64,000 nucleotides of DNA from Methanomicrobiales archaeon (GCA_037137755.1 JBAXJR010000002.1:1-64000), one strand, 5' to 3'. Numbered from the stretch's first letter, positions 28,934 to 39,359 are shown. Made by a program: numbers and translations. The notes: a model not told the origin generated them from the sequence alone.

Positions 28934-31900
28934 TTATCTGACCCTGATAGTCAGATGGAATGTCTTATCCTGCGGTGTGGCAGGCTCCCACACGGGTTTG
29001 TATATTGCATCGATTGCATGTTGACCGACTGTATCTGCGATAATATGCCATGTGTGAGTTGCTGCTCCACCATCGAGGTTTGAGTCCGGCAGAATCAGGC
29101 CCTCTTCCAATACCCGCAACCCCGGGCTCGCCGTGAGATTCCACAGGTATCCACAAGTTCCACACTCTTCCAAATACACATTAAAAGTGCCGTTTCTCTC
29201 GACAACATACGTTTTATCATTATCATTTTCGGTAAAAATGTAATCCTGGGGTATACTGTTGCCCTGAACAATGATGAGATCCTTCTGGATGGATGAATTG
29301 GCAACCATGGTACCGGTTGCAGGATCTTTTTTCATTACCGTTAACGTGACGGTATAATTGCCTGGAAAACTGTACGTATGGATTGGGTCCGGCCCTGTCA
29401 CGTTCACCCCGTCCCCGAAATCATAATTGTAAAACGTCGGGCTTCCGGTGGACTGATCGGTGAAACTGACCTCCAGAGGTGCAGTTCCGGTAACCGGGGT
29501 TGCAGTGAAGCTCGCCATCGGCGTAATGAATGGTACGGTGCCGACAGAGATTGCGTTTGTTTTGGTTGTAGTGCTGCTGATTACGGAACCCGTTACCTTA
29601 TCAAACTTTGTTATTGTCAGGGTGATAGTGTAGATGCCCGGTAAACGGTAGGTATGGGTCGGGTTTTTCCCTGTTGCATTTATACCGTCACCGAAATTAT
29701 AGGTGTACCTGGTCGGGCTCCCCACTGATTGATCCGTGCATTTCACTGTCAGGGGTGGCGGTCCGCTTGTCGGGGTAACAGTGAAATCCGCCAGAAACGT
29801 GGGTCTGCTGCCAACCGTGATGTAATCCGGTTTGCTCTTGGTGCTGTTCTGGCAGGCACTGTTGCTTTCCGAAAGGCTGACTGAATAAACGCCATCAGTG
29901 CTGTAGATATGGATCGGGTCCCTCTCCTCTGAATAGGTACCGTCCCCGAAACTCCAGTTCCAGGCCTCTGGGTTGCCAATTGAATGGCTGGTGAACCCGA
30001 CTGTTAGCGGGGCAGGACCCAGCGTTACATTGCTATCGAAATCGGTAATCAGCGGTTCCTTCGGGTGAGTAAGGTTGGCATAGAGGTCAATGGTCTCATT
30101 CTCGTGTGGGTACCGGGTGTTGTTCTGCGTCAGGGCGATGTAACCACATTTTTTCACCGTGAATGTCCGGACGGGTGGACATGGGACACATGTCTGGATG
30201 AGCAGGGTGCCATTCGCGAGGGTACTTCCCTCGTACCAGTCGTTGAAGTATACATCTGCACTTTCCACGTTTGAATGGACCAGGTAATACCCTTTGCCGC
30301 CCCCGACGATGATGGGGGGGACGGAACCGATAGCGTAGAGGTTTTTGTCACGACTCCCGAAGTATACGACACCGTTTGCGATTGCCGGGCTGGAAGTCAC
30401 CACGCCACCGGTCGTATAACGCCAGAGGAAAGCCCCGGTTGCTGCATCGAGTGCATACAGGCTATTGTCCTGGCTCCCGAAATAAAGAACCCCGTTTGCG
30501 AATGCCGGGCTTGAAGAAACCCGGTTTCCGGTCGTGTAATTCCAGAGAAGAGCCCCGGTTTCTGCGTTGAGAGCGTAGGTATTGTTGTCATAGCTCCCGA
30601 AGTATACGACGCTGTTTGCAATTGCGGGGCTGGAAGTCACCGATCCGCCGGTTGTGTAATTCCAGAGGAGAGCCCCGGTTGCTGCATTGAGTGCATAGAG
30701 GTTTTTATCACTGCTCCCGAAATATACAACACCGTTTGCGATTGCCGGGCTGGAAGATATCTGGTTTCCGGTCGTAAAGTTCCAGATAAGGTCCCCTGTT
30801 TCTGCATTCAGGGCGTAGAGGTTCCTGTTGACGTTACCGACATAGACGATACCATTTGCCACAGCCGGGCTGGAATACACCCCGGGATCGCCGGGATAGT
30901 TGTTCATGGTATAGTTCCAGACCAGCGTCCCCGTGGCCGCGTTAATCGCATACAGGTTCCCGTCAAAATTGCCGATATACACAATGCCATTTGCCACAGC
31001 CGGGCTGGAACTTACGTCGATCCGTGTCGTATAGCGTGATGGTACCGTATAATTCCAGACTAATGCACCGGTCATCGCGTCCAGTGCGTAGGCCTTGTTC
31101 CGGTAACCCCCGATGTAGACAGTACCGTCTGCCACTGCCGGGGTTGAACTTACCCAGTTATTATCAAAGTCAGTGAAATTCCAGAGGAGTGCCCCGCTGC
31201 CTGCATCAATTGCGTAGAGGTTGTGGTCACGGCTTCCGACATAGATTATCCCGTTTACAATTACCGGGCTGGAACTCACCCCGTCTCCGGTTGTGTAGTT
31301 CCAGAGGAGCGTCCCATCCGGCTTCGTTCCCCCGTCGTCATACACGCCGGAATTGTAGATGTCTGACCTGAACTTCCAGGCCTTCGCATCGGAGGGCATA
31401 TCGGTGACCGACAGGGATAATGAGTTGGACGTTTCCCCGGAGGAACTGTCATAGACGGTGACAGCAACATGCAGCGGGTGTGCGACCATCTCTGCAGGGA
31501 CCGCCATGCTCAGGTGGTCCGGCTGGAGGTACTGTGTCACCCGGGTCTCGCCGTTCCAGAGGATGGTGCTCGTCGGAGTAAACCCTGTCCCGTATACATC
31601 GAGGGTAAAGCCGGGACTGCCTTCCATCACCTCCGCCGGATCGATCTGCGATAGCGAAAGCACACTCGTGGTTGCCGTCTGGTTCACCCAGGTCTGGTTG
31701 ATCCACCCCTTTTCCCCCACGGTTCTCGTCCCGATCGTGTAGGTAGCAGATGGAGAGAGCCCGGTGGCGGTGTAAGTCTGTGTCCCCTTCGTTATGTTCC
31801 CCTGGAATTCCCCGTTAAGGTATACCATGACATGGGAGAAACCGATCGTTGTGGGATCTGTCCAGGCCCAGGTGATCCGGAGCTGCTGGGTGTTGGTGGT

Positions 31901-33115
31901 ATGGAGGTCGGTTATACTCTCCGGGGGTTCATCAGGGAAGGTTCCAAAAGCGTAGACATTGCCGTCATCACTTCCAATATAGACCCTCCCGTCAGCGACA
32001 GCCGGGCTGGAATATACGGACTCTTCCCCTGTCTGGTAACCCCAGAGTAATGCACCTGTCGACGCGTCCAGTGCGTGGATGTTCTTTCCATTACCATAAT
32101 TTTCACTACCTACGTAGACGACACCGTCCGCCACCGCAGGGCTTGAAGACACGGGCTCCCCGGCCGAGTAGGACCAGATGAGTGTCCCGGTCGACGCGTT
32201 GAGTGCGTAGAGATTGTCGTCATTGCTGCCAACATAGACGGTACCGTCCGCGACAGCAGGGCTGGATGTCACATCGTCCCCTGTCGCGTAGGACCAGATG
32301 AGTGTCCCGGTGGATGCATTGAGTGCGTAGATTCGGCCGTCATTGCTGCCAACGTAGACGGTACCGTCCGCGACAGCAGGGCTGGACCGAACTTCGTCTC
32401 CGATCGTGTAATTCCAGATGAGTGCCCCGGTAGATGCATCAAGGGCATAGATGTTGCCGTCCCAGCTGCCGAAGTAGACGGTACCGCTCGTTATCGCTGG
32501 GCTGGACGTCACATCGTTCCCGGTCGTGTAATTCCAGAGGAGTGTCCCGGTCGACGCATTGAGTGCGTAGAGATTATGATCACGACTTCCCGCATAGACG
32601 ATACCGCCTGCCACCGCCGGGCTTGAAATAACGCTGTCACCCGTCGTATAGTTCCAGAGGAGTGCCCCGCTGCCTGCGTCAAGGGCGTAGATGTTGTTGT
32701 TCCATCCACCCGCATAGACGACACCGTTTGCTACCGCCGGGCCAGTCTGTATCCCCCGTTCAGCCGCGAACTTCCAGATGAGTGCCCCGGTGGATGCGTC
32801 GAGTGAGTAGAGGTATCCATCGTTACCCCCGATGTAGATCATACCGTTAACAACCGCGGGGCTGGACCTCACTACATGACCTGTACTGAATTTCCAGATG
32901 ATATCCCCCGCCGGTCTGATCCCACCATCGTCATACATGCCGGTGTTCTGGTTGTCTGCATGGAACTTCCATCCCGGGGCGGCTGCCACGGGTGCAGCGG
33001 CCAGGGTACCAATCAGGAGGAGCAGGAGGAGCCACCGGACTAACCGGGGCTTCTTATGCTGTGATCCTGCGGTGCTGCATTCTGAACTATGGGGTGTCAT
33101 CTGTATTGATGCCAT
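28934..33115 (-). CDS. Large surface protein: two PQQ-like beta-propellers, FN3, IPT/TIG-like, 3 PKD domains and a C-terminal chagasin (I42) inhibitor-like domain
   Basis: About 16 repeats of SSPAVAxGxVYxGSxDxxxYALxAxTGxLxWxY; PKD WSFGDG/YNFGDG/YDFGDG; C-terminal GYLWNL..GGAATHTW..YKPVWE. Confidence 0.88.
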   Translation of the reverse strand: MASIQMTPHSSECSTAGSQHKKPRLVRWLLLLLLIGTLAAAPVAAAPGWKFHADNQNTGMYDDGGIRPAGDIIWKFSTGHVVRSSPAVVNGMIYIGGNDGYLYSLDASTGALIWKFAAERGIQTGPAVANGVVYAGGWNNNIYALDAGSGALLWNYTTGDSVISSPAVAGGIVYAGSRDHNLYALNASTGTLLWNYTTGNDVTSSPAITSGTVYFGSWDGNIYALDASTGALIWNYTIGDEVRSSPAVADGTVYVGSNDGRIYALNASTGTLIWSYATGDDVTSSPAVADGTVYVGSNDDNLYALNASTGTLIWSYSAGEPVSSSPAVADGVVYVGSENYGNGKNIHALDASTGALLWGYQTGEESVYSSPAVADGRVYIGSDDGNVYAFGTFPDEPPESITDLHTTNTQQLRITWAWTDPTTIGFSHVMVYLNGEFQGNITKGTQTYTATGLSPSATYTIGTRTVGEKGWINQTWVNQTATTSVLSLSQIDPAEVMEGSPGFTLDVYGTGFTPTSTILWNGETRVTQYLQPDHLSMAVPAEMVAHPLHVAVTVYDSSSGETSNSLSLSVTDMPSDAKAWKFRSDIYNSGVYDDGGTKPDGTLLWNYTTGDGVSSSPVIVNGIIYVGSRDHNLYAIDAGSGALLWNFTDFDNNWVSSTPAVADGTVYIGGYRNKAYALDAMTGALVWNYTVPSRYTTRIDVSSSPAVANGIVYIGNFDGNLYAINAATGTLVWNYTMNNYPGDPGVYSSPAVANGIVYVGNVNRNLYALNAETGDLIWNFTTGNQISSSPAIANGVVYFGSSDKNLYALNAATGALLWNYTTGGSVTSSPAIANSVVYFGSYDNNTYALNAETGALLWNYTTGNRVSSSPAFANGVLYFGSQDNSLYALDAATGAFLWRYTTGGVVTSSPAIANGVVYFGSRDKNLYAIGSVPPIIVGGGKGYYLVHSNVESADVYFNDWYEGSTLANGTLLIQTCVPCPPVRTFTVKKCGYIALTQNNTRYPHENETIDLYANLTHPKEPLITDFDSNVTLGPAPLTVGFTSHSIGNPEAWNWSFGDGTYSEERDPIHIYSTDGVYSVSLSESNSACQNSTKSKPDYITVGSRPTFLADFTVTPTSGPPPLTVKCTDQSVGSPTRYTYNFGDGINATGKNPTHTYRLPGIYTITLTITKFDKVTGSVISSTTTKTNAISVGTVPFITPMASFTATPVTGTAPLEVSFTDQSTGSPTFYNYDFGDGVNVTGPDPIHTYSFPGNYTVTLTVMKKDPATGTMVANSSIQKDLIIVQGNSIPQDYIFTENDNDKTYVVERNGTFNVYLEECGTCGYLWNLTASPGLRVLEEGLILPDSNLDGGAATHTWHIIADTVGQHAIDAIYKPVWEPATPQDKTFHLTIRVR

Positions 33116-33520
33116 GAAAATCAAAATCTCCGGGCATGGAGAAGATTTTTCCCCATTGCCAATGATCAAAAATCAGCATATGTTTAAGATAAGTCTTTCT
33201 GGATCAGAGGCCTTTTGTTCGTGCAAATTCCTGCTCTATGAAGATTCAATAAAATTAATGGTGATTTGACCATTCGTGTGATAAATCACATATTCATCAT
33301 ATATCCAAGGGTTATCGCCGGGCAGACGATGAGAGGAACCCATAGATATTCCAACCCGGTATGTATTACCTTCGGATGTCATGTTCACAAAGTACTGACG
33401 GTCTGGTCGAGCGGTTCCCTGTGACCTTCCCGGACCCCGGGCTAATCTTATAACACATACCTTTAAGGATATGTAACCAGCACAGTAGCCTGTTCTATGT
33501 ACAGTTAGCTGGAGAACATC

Positions 33521-34180
33521 ATGACAAAAACGAACATCCCTGAAAAAGGGGCGATCATCCAGAGGGATCTGGAAACCTTTTCGATCCTGCCCCACATTCC
33601 CGGCGGCTTTGCCGATCCTGCGTTGCTCCGGAAGATTGCGGACGTGGCGGAGAAATACGGTGCGACATATGTGAAGCTTACCGGTGCCCAGCGGATTGCT
33701 ATTATTGGAATAAAGGAAGCGGACCTCGATAATGCCTGGGCCGAGTTCACCGACCGCTCCAAGGCGATCGGCCTGACAATTCGGAGCATCCAGATGTGCC
33801 CGGGCACGCGGTCCTGCAAACGTGCCAAGCAGGACAGTCCTGGACTTGGATTCGCCCTTGACAAGGAATTCTATGGCAAACCGGCGCCCGCCAAGTTCAA
33901 GATAGGCGTTGCGGGATGCGGCAACGGCTGCAGCGACCCCTATATGAAAGACCTCGGATTCTACGGTACCGATAACGGGTACACGGCAGTCGTCGGCGGC
34001 AAGGGTGGAGGGACACCGAAGCTTGGCCAGGAGTTCGCTGAAGACCTGACGGAGGACCAGGCTATAGAACTGGCCCGGAAGGTCATTGCGTTCTACCGGG
34101 CACATGGCATTACCCCCGAACGCCTGGGTGCAACGATCGAGCGGGTCGGCTTCGGTACGTTTATGAAAGCAATAATGTGA
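33521..34180 (+). CDS. Small nitrite/sulfite reductase-family protein (siroheme-4Fe4S)
   Basis: KLTGAQRI; CPGTRSC..KFKIGVAGCGNGC (Cx5C..Cx3C); ERLG. Confidence 0.88.
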   Translation: MTKTNIPEKGAIIQRDLETFSILPHIPGGFADPALLRKIADVAEKYGATYVKLTGAQRIAIIGIKEADLDNAWAEFTDRSKAIGLTIRSIQMCPGTRSCKRAKQDSPGLGFALDKEFYGKPAPAKFKIGVAGCGNGCSDPYMKDLGFYGTDNGYTAVVGGKGGGTPKLGQEFAEDLTEDQAIELARKVIAFYRAHGITPERLGATIERVGFGTFMKAIM

Positions 34181-34285
34181 AGTATTCGGGCAATTCCCAG
34201 GACAAATGTAGCCGGCTGATATATCCCCGGAGAAAATTCTCCGGACTTTTTTTTAATCAGAACCGGGGCAGAGCAACGTGGTGGC

Positions 34286-34309
34286 CGGTTTGTAATTATG
34301 GATGTAAGA
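34286..34309. repeat. 24-bp motif identical to 18364-18387
   Basis: CGGTTTGTAATTATGGATGTAAGA. Confidence 0.8.
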
Positions 34310-34492
34310 TACCATTCCCCTGGCACCCGCCAAAACTCCAGGATAATCTTTTTTTTTTTAAATCCCGGCACCCATCTCTCTGATCAGGTGAACGAGGAAT
34401 ACCCAGAAAGAGCCTTAGGCCCGCTCCTTTTCAGGACAAGGACAAAAGTGCCCGCATTCCATAATTCAGCGGCTCTTATGGAGGAATAACTG

Positions 34493-35159
34493 ATGGATTT
34501 CCTGTTTATTGAATATAGAAAGACAATTTCACCATGGGGTACCGTTTATCCTAATTCTTTTACGGGGTAATGATGGTCGTGATCATCACCGGCATGATCA
34601 CTAGCTGTCTGCCCCCCTCCAGGAACATGCACCGACTTCTGTTGATTGCCGGACTGGTAGTTAACCTGACCTGGGGGATCATCGATGGTGTCACCACATT
34701 GTACAATGGACTGGTAAACCGGGCTGATTATTACCGCATCGCCAATGCATTCAGGAATGACCGGAACGATCCCGACAAGAGAGAAATTATCAGGCTGTCC
34801 CTGCAGGGCACCATCGTAGAAAACCTGCCTGAAGAAGAGCAGTCAGGAGTTGTCGATATGATCGGTGCCGGAAAACCCGTGTCCGGGCAGAAATACCCCG
34901 CAACCCGTGCGGACTGGCATATCGCGATTGCCACCATCCTCATCGATTTCGTCCTCGTTTTCCCTGTCCTTGTCCCCATTTCCTCATCGATAACGTCAGG
35001 CGGGCTCTACTTACATCTCACGCGATTGCAATCATACTCCTTGATGGAGTCGCCATGCTCTGGGTGAGGAATCTTGGTCTCAATACCAGGAAAGCGGGAA
35101 TTATCATCACCCTGATCTCATTTGTCCTGATATATTCCACCTGTCGTATCGGATGGTAA
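34493..35159 (+). pseudogene. Disrupted VIT1/CCC1-like membrane protein
   Basis: RLS*FFYGVMMV..NLTWGIIDG; frameshift near 34975 continues as FLIDNVRRALLTSHAIAI..GW*. Confidence 0.6.
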
Positions 35160-35241
35160 CCTGCAGCCGCGTGGTAGATCGTTTCTGTTGGCTTTGTCAG
35201 AATGATGAAATAAAACGGATGCCTATACTACCTGATAGACA

Positions 35242-35961
35242 ATGGCCGTCCACGCATATACCGCCGGATTAATCACTGATGTTCTGTTGATTGTTTCCGT
35301 CATCGTTCTTATTGCCGGCCTCTGGCACCTCATTGTCCGATGGGGCCATCGCAGTCCCGGGCGGTTCTTCTCCTCATGGGCCACTGAATCGTTCCGGGGT
35401 GGCGGTATAGCGTTTCTCCGGGTACTGTTGCTTGATGTTCTCCTCTTCCGCCGGATCTGGCGCAGGAGCAAACGCCGGTGGGTACTCCATGTGGCAATGT
35501 TCTGGGGATTTATCCTTCTTGGAGCATTTACCGTAGTATCCCTTATCGGACTTATCCTTGCATATCTTGACCCGGTCGGCCCAGGGCAGGCGTTCTCCCT
35601 GTACCTTGCAGGTTTTCACCTCCCTTACGATCTGCTGGGATACCTGATCCTGGTGGGTTCCGGTATTGCGCTTGGAAGAAGGCTTCTTGTCAAAAAAGTT
35701 CGTGAGCGTACCAGTTTTTCGGACTTATTCCTCGTGGGAAGCGTTTTTGTTATCGCGTTGACCGGGATGATCGCAGAATGGTACAGCGGGTATGCGACCA
35801 TGGTCGGACCCGTCATCACAAACTGGAATTTAGCCCTTGAATTCATGTCATGGCACATCTATGTGGCATTCCTACTGTTCGTGATGGTGCTGCCATGGAC
35901 AAAGTTCCGGCATATTATTACCGTCCCGCTCACCGTGCTCGCGAGAAGAGGAGGGGATTAG
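35242..35961 (+). CDS. NarI/HdrE-like membrane cytochrome b subunit
   Basis: About 5 TM helices; RWVLHVAMFWGF, RR..R..TSFSD, WHIY, PWTKFRHII. Confidence 0.82.
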   Translation: MAVHAYTAGLITDVLLIVSVIVLIAGLWHLIVRWGHRSPGRFFSSWATESFRGGGIAFLRVLLLDVLLFRRIWRRSKRRWVLHVAMFWGFILLGAFTVVSLIGLILAYLDPVGPGQAFSLYLAGFHLPYDLLGYLILVGSGIALGRRLLVKKVRERTSFSDLFLVGSVFVIALTGMIAEWYSGYATMVGPVITNWNLALEFMSWHIYVAFLLFVMVLPWTKFRHIITVPLTVLARRGGD

Positions 35962-35964
35962 GGC

Positions 35965-37200
35965 TTGGATGATGAACCTGACTTCTCAGAAATTGAGTCC
36001 CGCTGGCTCTCCCATCTCCAGATGCTGGAGCTTGATGCCTGCACCCGGTGCCAGGAATGTGTCGCTGCATGTCCCGTTGTCAGGGCGGGTATCCCCGACG
36101 GAGCCATGGAACGAATCGACATCTGGAGGAAAGCAGGAACCCGTTCAACAGGGCTCATTGCCCGGTTTCTTTCCAAACCCCGGGCGGGATCAGACCTCCC
36201 TGCCCTTTTTGAAAGCCTTTTCCGGTGTACCACCTGTGGTATCTGTTCAGTTGTCTGCGAATCCGGCATCTTAACAACCCCCCTCTGGGAATCAATGAGA
36301 TCTGCAGGCAGGGAATTGGGATTCAGGCATACAGATGTTGAACGGACTGCAGCGGTGATCATGGAGAAACACAACCCGTATGCTATGCTCCCATCGACCC
36401 GGACTGCATGGATTCCGGCGGACACCAGGGTGGCTGGTTCGGCCCCTGTCGGGTTCTTCGCCGGGTGTACTATTGCATTCCGGCAACCTGAACTTGGCAG
36501 GGCCGCCCTTCGAATCCTGGCACGATCGAACGTTCCCTTCTGCATGCTGGGTACGGATGAATCGTGCTGCGGATCGTTTCTCTTCCGTACAGGGTCCTTC
36601 GAGGAATATTCTTCAACCATCCGTGCGATGATCCAGGATTTTCAAAAACGAGGTGTAAACACTGTCCTGTTTCCCTGTGCCGGCTGCTTAAAAACGGCGA
36701 CCGTCGACTGGCCGAAGGTATACGGGGGCCCTTTACCCTTTAAAACGATGCCGTTCTCGGTCTTCATCCGGGATCTTATCAGGGAGAAAAAGGTACGGTT
36801 CCATTCCCATTCCCCAAGACGGGTACTCTACCATGATCCCTGCCATGGCGGACGTCACCTGGTGCACCACCTGGGAAAGGAATGGGTGTTCGAGGCTCCA
36901 AGGGAAATTATCCAGGCGATCCCAGGTCTGGAACTGGTAGAATTCCCGGAGAACCGGGAGATCGGGGTCTGCTGTGGGGCAGGCGGAGGAGTAAAAACAG
37001 GACATCCCGATCTCTCCCAGAAGATAGCAGGTGAAAAAATCGATTCCCTGTCCCGAATCGGTGCCGATATCCTGGCTTCAACCTGCCCGTTCTGCAAAAG
37101 GAATCTGGATGATGCCCGTGTCACTGCAGGATCAGCTATCGAGGTACTGGATGTCATCGAACTGGCTGACCGGATGATGGAACCAGAAAACCATGCATGA
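35965..37200 (+). CDS. HdrD-like Fe-S protein (2x4Fe-4S + two CCG domains)
   Basis: CTRCQECVAACP, CTTCGICSVVC, FAGC..SCCG..CAGC, YHDPCH..CCGAGGG..CPFC. Confidence 0.9.
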   Translation: MDDEPDFSEIESRWLSHLQMLELDACTRCQECVAACPVVRAGIPDGAMERIDIWRKAGTRSTGLIARFLSKPRAGSDLPALFESLFRCTTCGICSVVCESGILTTPLWESMRSAGRELGFRHTDVERTAAVIMEKHNPYAMLPSTRTAWIPADTRVAGSAPVGFFAGCTIAFRQPELGRAALRILARSNVPFCMLGTDESCCGSFLFRTGSFEEYSSTIRAMIQDFQKRGVNTVLFPCAGCLKTATVDWPKVYGGPLPFKTMPFSVFIRDLIREKKVRFHSHSPRRVLYHDPCHGGRHLVHHLGKEWVFEAPREIIQAIPGLELVEFPENREIGVCCGAGGGVKTGHPDLSQKIAGEKIDSLSRIGADILASTCPFCKRNLDDARVTAGSAIEVLDVIELADRMMEPENHA

Positions 37201-37414
37201 CCTCCAGAAAAGGAGAAGACCCAAGGGCAGTTCATTGGCCTCCCAGATTATATAAGGGCTTGGATTATACAACGGGATGATGGTTGATGATGTGAAAATG
37301 AGAATTCTTTTAAAATCCACCTGAATTTCCTCATTTTTTTGCACATTTGTACAAAAATGAGATCCTGCATACCGAATGATCCAGGGCACTCAAGCACCGT
37401 GATATTCCCGGGTA

Positions 37415-37762
37415 TCAATAAGCAGGTGGAAACAGAGGCTGGTGCTGGCTTAATGCAACGATCTCTGCTGCTCCTTTCAACAGGCCGGTAAGATATTCTT
37501 TTGCCCATGCTTCATTCTCATATTCCAGGAACGGGCGGTACGATCCCTGGAGGCCGGTCCCCTCCCGTTCAAACCTGAGCAGACCGACAGGGGAACCCCC
37601 TTTTGCAACCAGGGCATTCAGTTTTTCAAGCGGGTGTGGTGTCGTATTGAAAACAAATTCCGTCTCGTTCTCAAACCCGACTGCAATTGCAACCAACCTG
37701 GCGCCTTTTGCACCATCGAACATCTCGTTGACCAGATCGGCGGTTTTTCTCATGGGAACCAT
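37415..37762 (-). CDS. Hypothetical protein
   Basis: Clean 115-aa globular-looking ORF; no motif recognised. Confidence 0.7.
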   Translation of the reverse strand: MVPMRKTADLVNEMFDGAKGARLVAIAVGFENETEFVFNTTPHPLEKLNALVAKGGSPVGLLRFEREGTGLQGSYRPFLEYENEAWAKEYLTGLLKGAAEIVALSQHQPLFPPAY

Positions 37763-37901
37763 TCAATGGGATTGGATTTTCATCGAATAAATTGTTCGTT
37801 CCTGTTCATGACCATTTTGGCAATACCGTTTTGGGTACCGGTTTACCCGCTGGCTAATCAGGAAGATTAATTATCTCGTCAGCCCATTTCAAATTTATCT
37901 C

Positions 37902-39359
37902 ATGTTAAAAGACGATTCCGGGTCAGGAGGGGGCATGTTGATTCTGGGTTCCAGGGCTATCTGCCGTTCACTATTGATAGTATTCCTCTTGTTTCTGCTT
38001 GTAGTGCCTGCATTCGCAAATAATCTCTACCGGGAAAACGCTTCGGTTCCCGTTTTGCAGGGCAGTTACATCCAGATCGATCCTGTCGGTACCCGCCAGG
38101 CCGGTGAAAAGATTACCATCACTGCAAAGACCGACCTTCCGGTGGGCAGCGAGGTACTGTTCGAGGTCGCTCCCGTGGCCTCAAACCTTACCAGGAAAAT
38201 CACTACCGGGGAATTCAGCGGCGCCACCGGAACGGTAACTGTTAGATTCGGGCAGGACACCAGGCACAACCTGCTTGGGTTTGCGGTTGATCTCTCCACA
38301 TTCCAGCCGGGTAACTATCGTATTCTTGCCTCGTCTGCCAACAATGCCGTAACCGGTGAAGGACAATTCACGGTTGTTTCCGTTATCGCTACCAGGAAAC
38401 CACCGCAGCCTGTGTTCATATGGTCGCCCCACCCGGCAGTCGCCGGCCGCCCGGTGTCGTTCGACGGATCGGGGTCCACCGTTCAGGACGGGAACATACT
38501 CACCTGGCAATGGGATTTCGGGGACGGTACACCCCTGACCAATGTCACGGGTTCACCAGCGGACACCCTTCCCACCCATACCTACCGGTCGGCAGGGGTG
38601 TACGCGGTAGGCCTGATGGTTATGGATAACCGCGAACAGACCGAGTGGGCCCGCAATGATGTTACCGTCGTGGCCCCCGTCCCCCCGGTCGCGAACTTTT
38701 CGGTGTCCCCATCAGGTGGTCAGGCATATGAGAACCACCCGCTCGCCGTTTCGTTGTCGGACATGTCAACCGGTTCACCTCAATCCTGGGCCTGGTACGT
38801 TGACGATACGCTGGTCTCTCAATTACAGACCTACTCCCGGAGCATATTCACGAAACCAGGCAACTACACGATCCGGCTGGTGGTAACGAATGATTACGGC
38901 ACTTCTGCAATGGAAAAACTGGTAACGGCCCTGCCGTTTCAAACGATAACGAACCCCACAACCTGGACTACGATCAGTCAGACTCAAACGGTAACCGACA
39001 CCCCGTCCAAACCAGCGCCAACCATTACCACCGCCCCAACGACCCCGGTCCCACAATGCCTGAGTTGTGACAGTCCATGCGTACTATTCACAATTCCCTG
39101 CCTCTGGATTGATGGGCTTATCATTCTCGTCATCGTGATCCTGGGGATATGGTATATCCGCAGGCGTTGGCCACCACGCGGATGCCGCCCGTCAGATTCC
39201 CCAAAAAAGCCTGGTTCAACGGGAGATGGGGGTCCACCGACCCCTGATATCACCATCGTAACCCGGGGTGGGATCAGCCCCCGGGGTCTCGATGTGAACA
39301 GTCCTGATATCCACGTGGATGTCGAGTCAGGGATACAATATCATGACAAGGAGGAGTGA
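37902..39359 (+). CDS. Membrane-anchored PKD-domain surface protein with an S-layer-type Ig-like N-terminal domain
   Basis: Signal peptide; GEFSGATGTVTV domain; WQWDFGDG PKD; Thr-rich linker; C-terminal TM followed by RRR. Confidence 0.82.
   Translation: MLKDDSGSGGGMLILGSRAICRSLLIVFLLFLLVVPAFANNLYRENASVPVLQGSYIQIDPVGTRQAGEKITITAKTDLPVGSEVLFEVAPVASNLTRKITTGEFSGATGTVTVRFGQDTRHNLLGFAVDLSTFQPGNYRILASSANNAVTGEGQFTVVSVIATRKPPQPVFIWSPHPAVAGRPVSFDGSGSTVQDGNILTWQWDFGDGTPLTNVTGSPADTLPTHTYRSAGVYAVGLMVMDNREQTEWARNDVTVVAPVPPVANFSVSPSGGQAYENHPLAVSLSDMSTGSPQSWAWYVDDTLVSQLQTYSRSIFTKPGNYTIRLVVTNDYGTSAMEKLVTALPFQTITNPTTWTTISQTQTVTDTPSKPAPTITTAPTTPVPQCLSCDSPCVLFTIPCLWIDGLIILVIVILGIWYIRRRWPPRGCRPSDSPKKPGSTGDGGPPTPDITIVTRGGISPRGLDVNSPDIHVDVESGIQYHDKEE

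Noticed and set aside
30330-32900. Regular ~120-bp tandem repeats that could suggest an array or CRISPR
   Set aside because: They are in-frame PQQ-propeller blades inside one CDS, with no repeat-spacer structure.
33236-34105. Long antisense ORFs (also 12346-13242, 24719-25440, 41224-41982, 59087-60076, 7126-7788, 7996-8754)
   Set aside because: Shadows of well-supported genes on the opposite strand, with no recognisable motifs.
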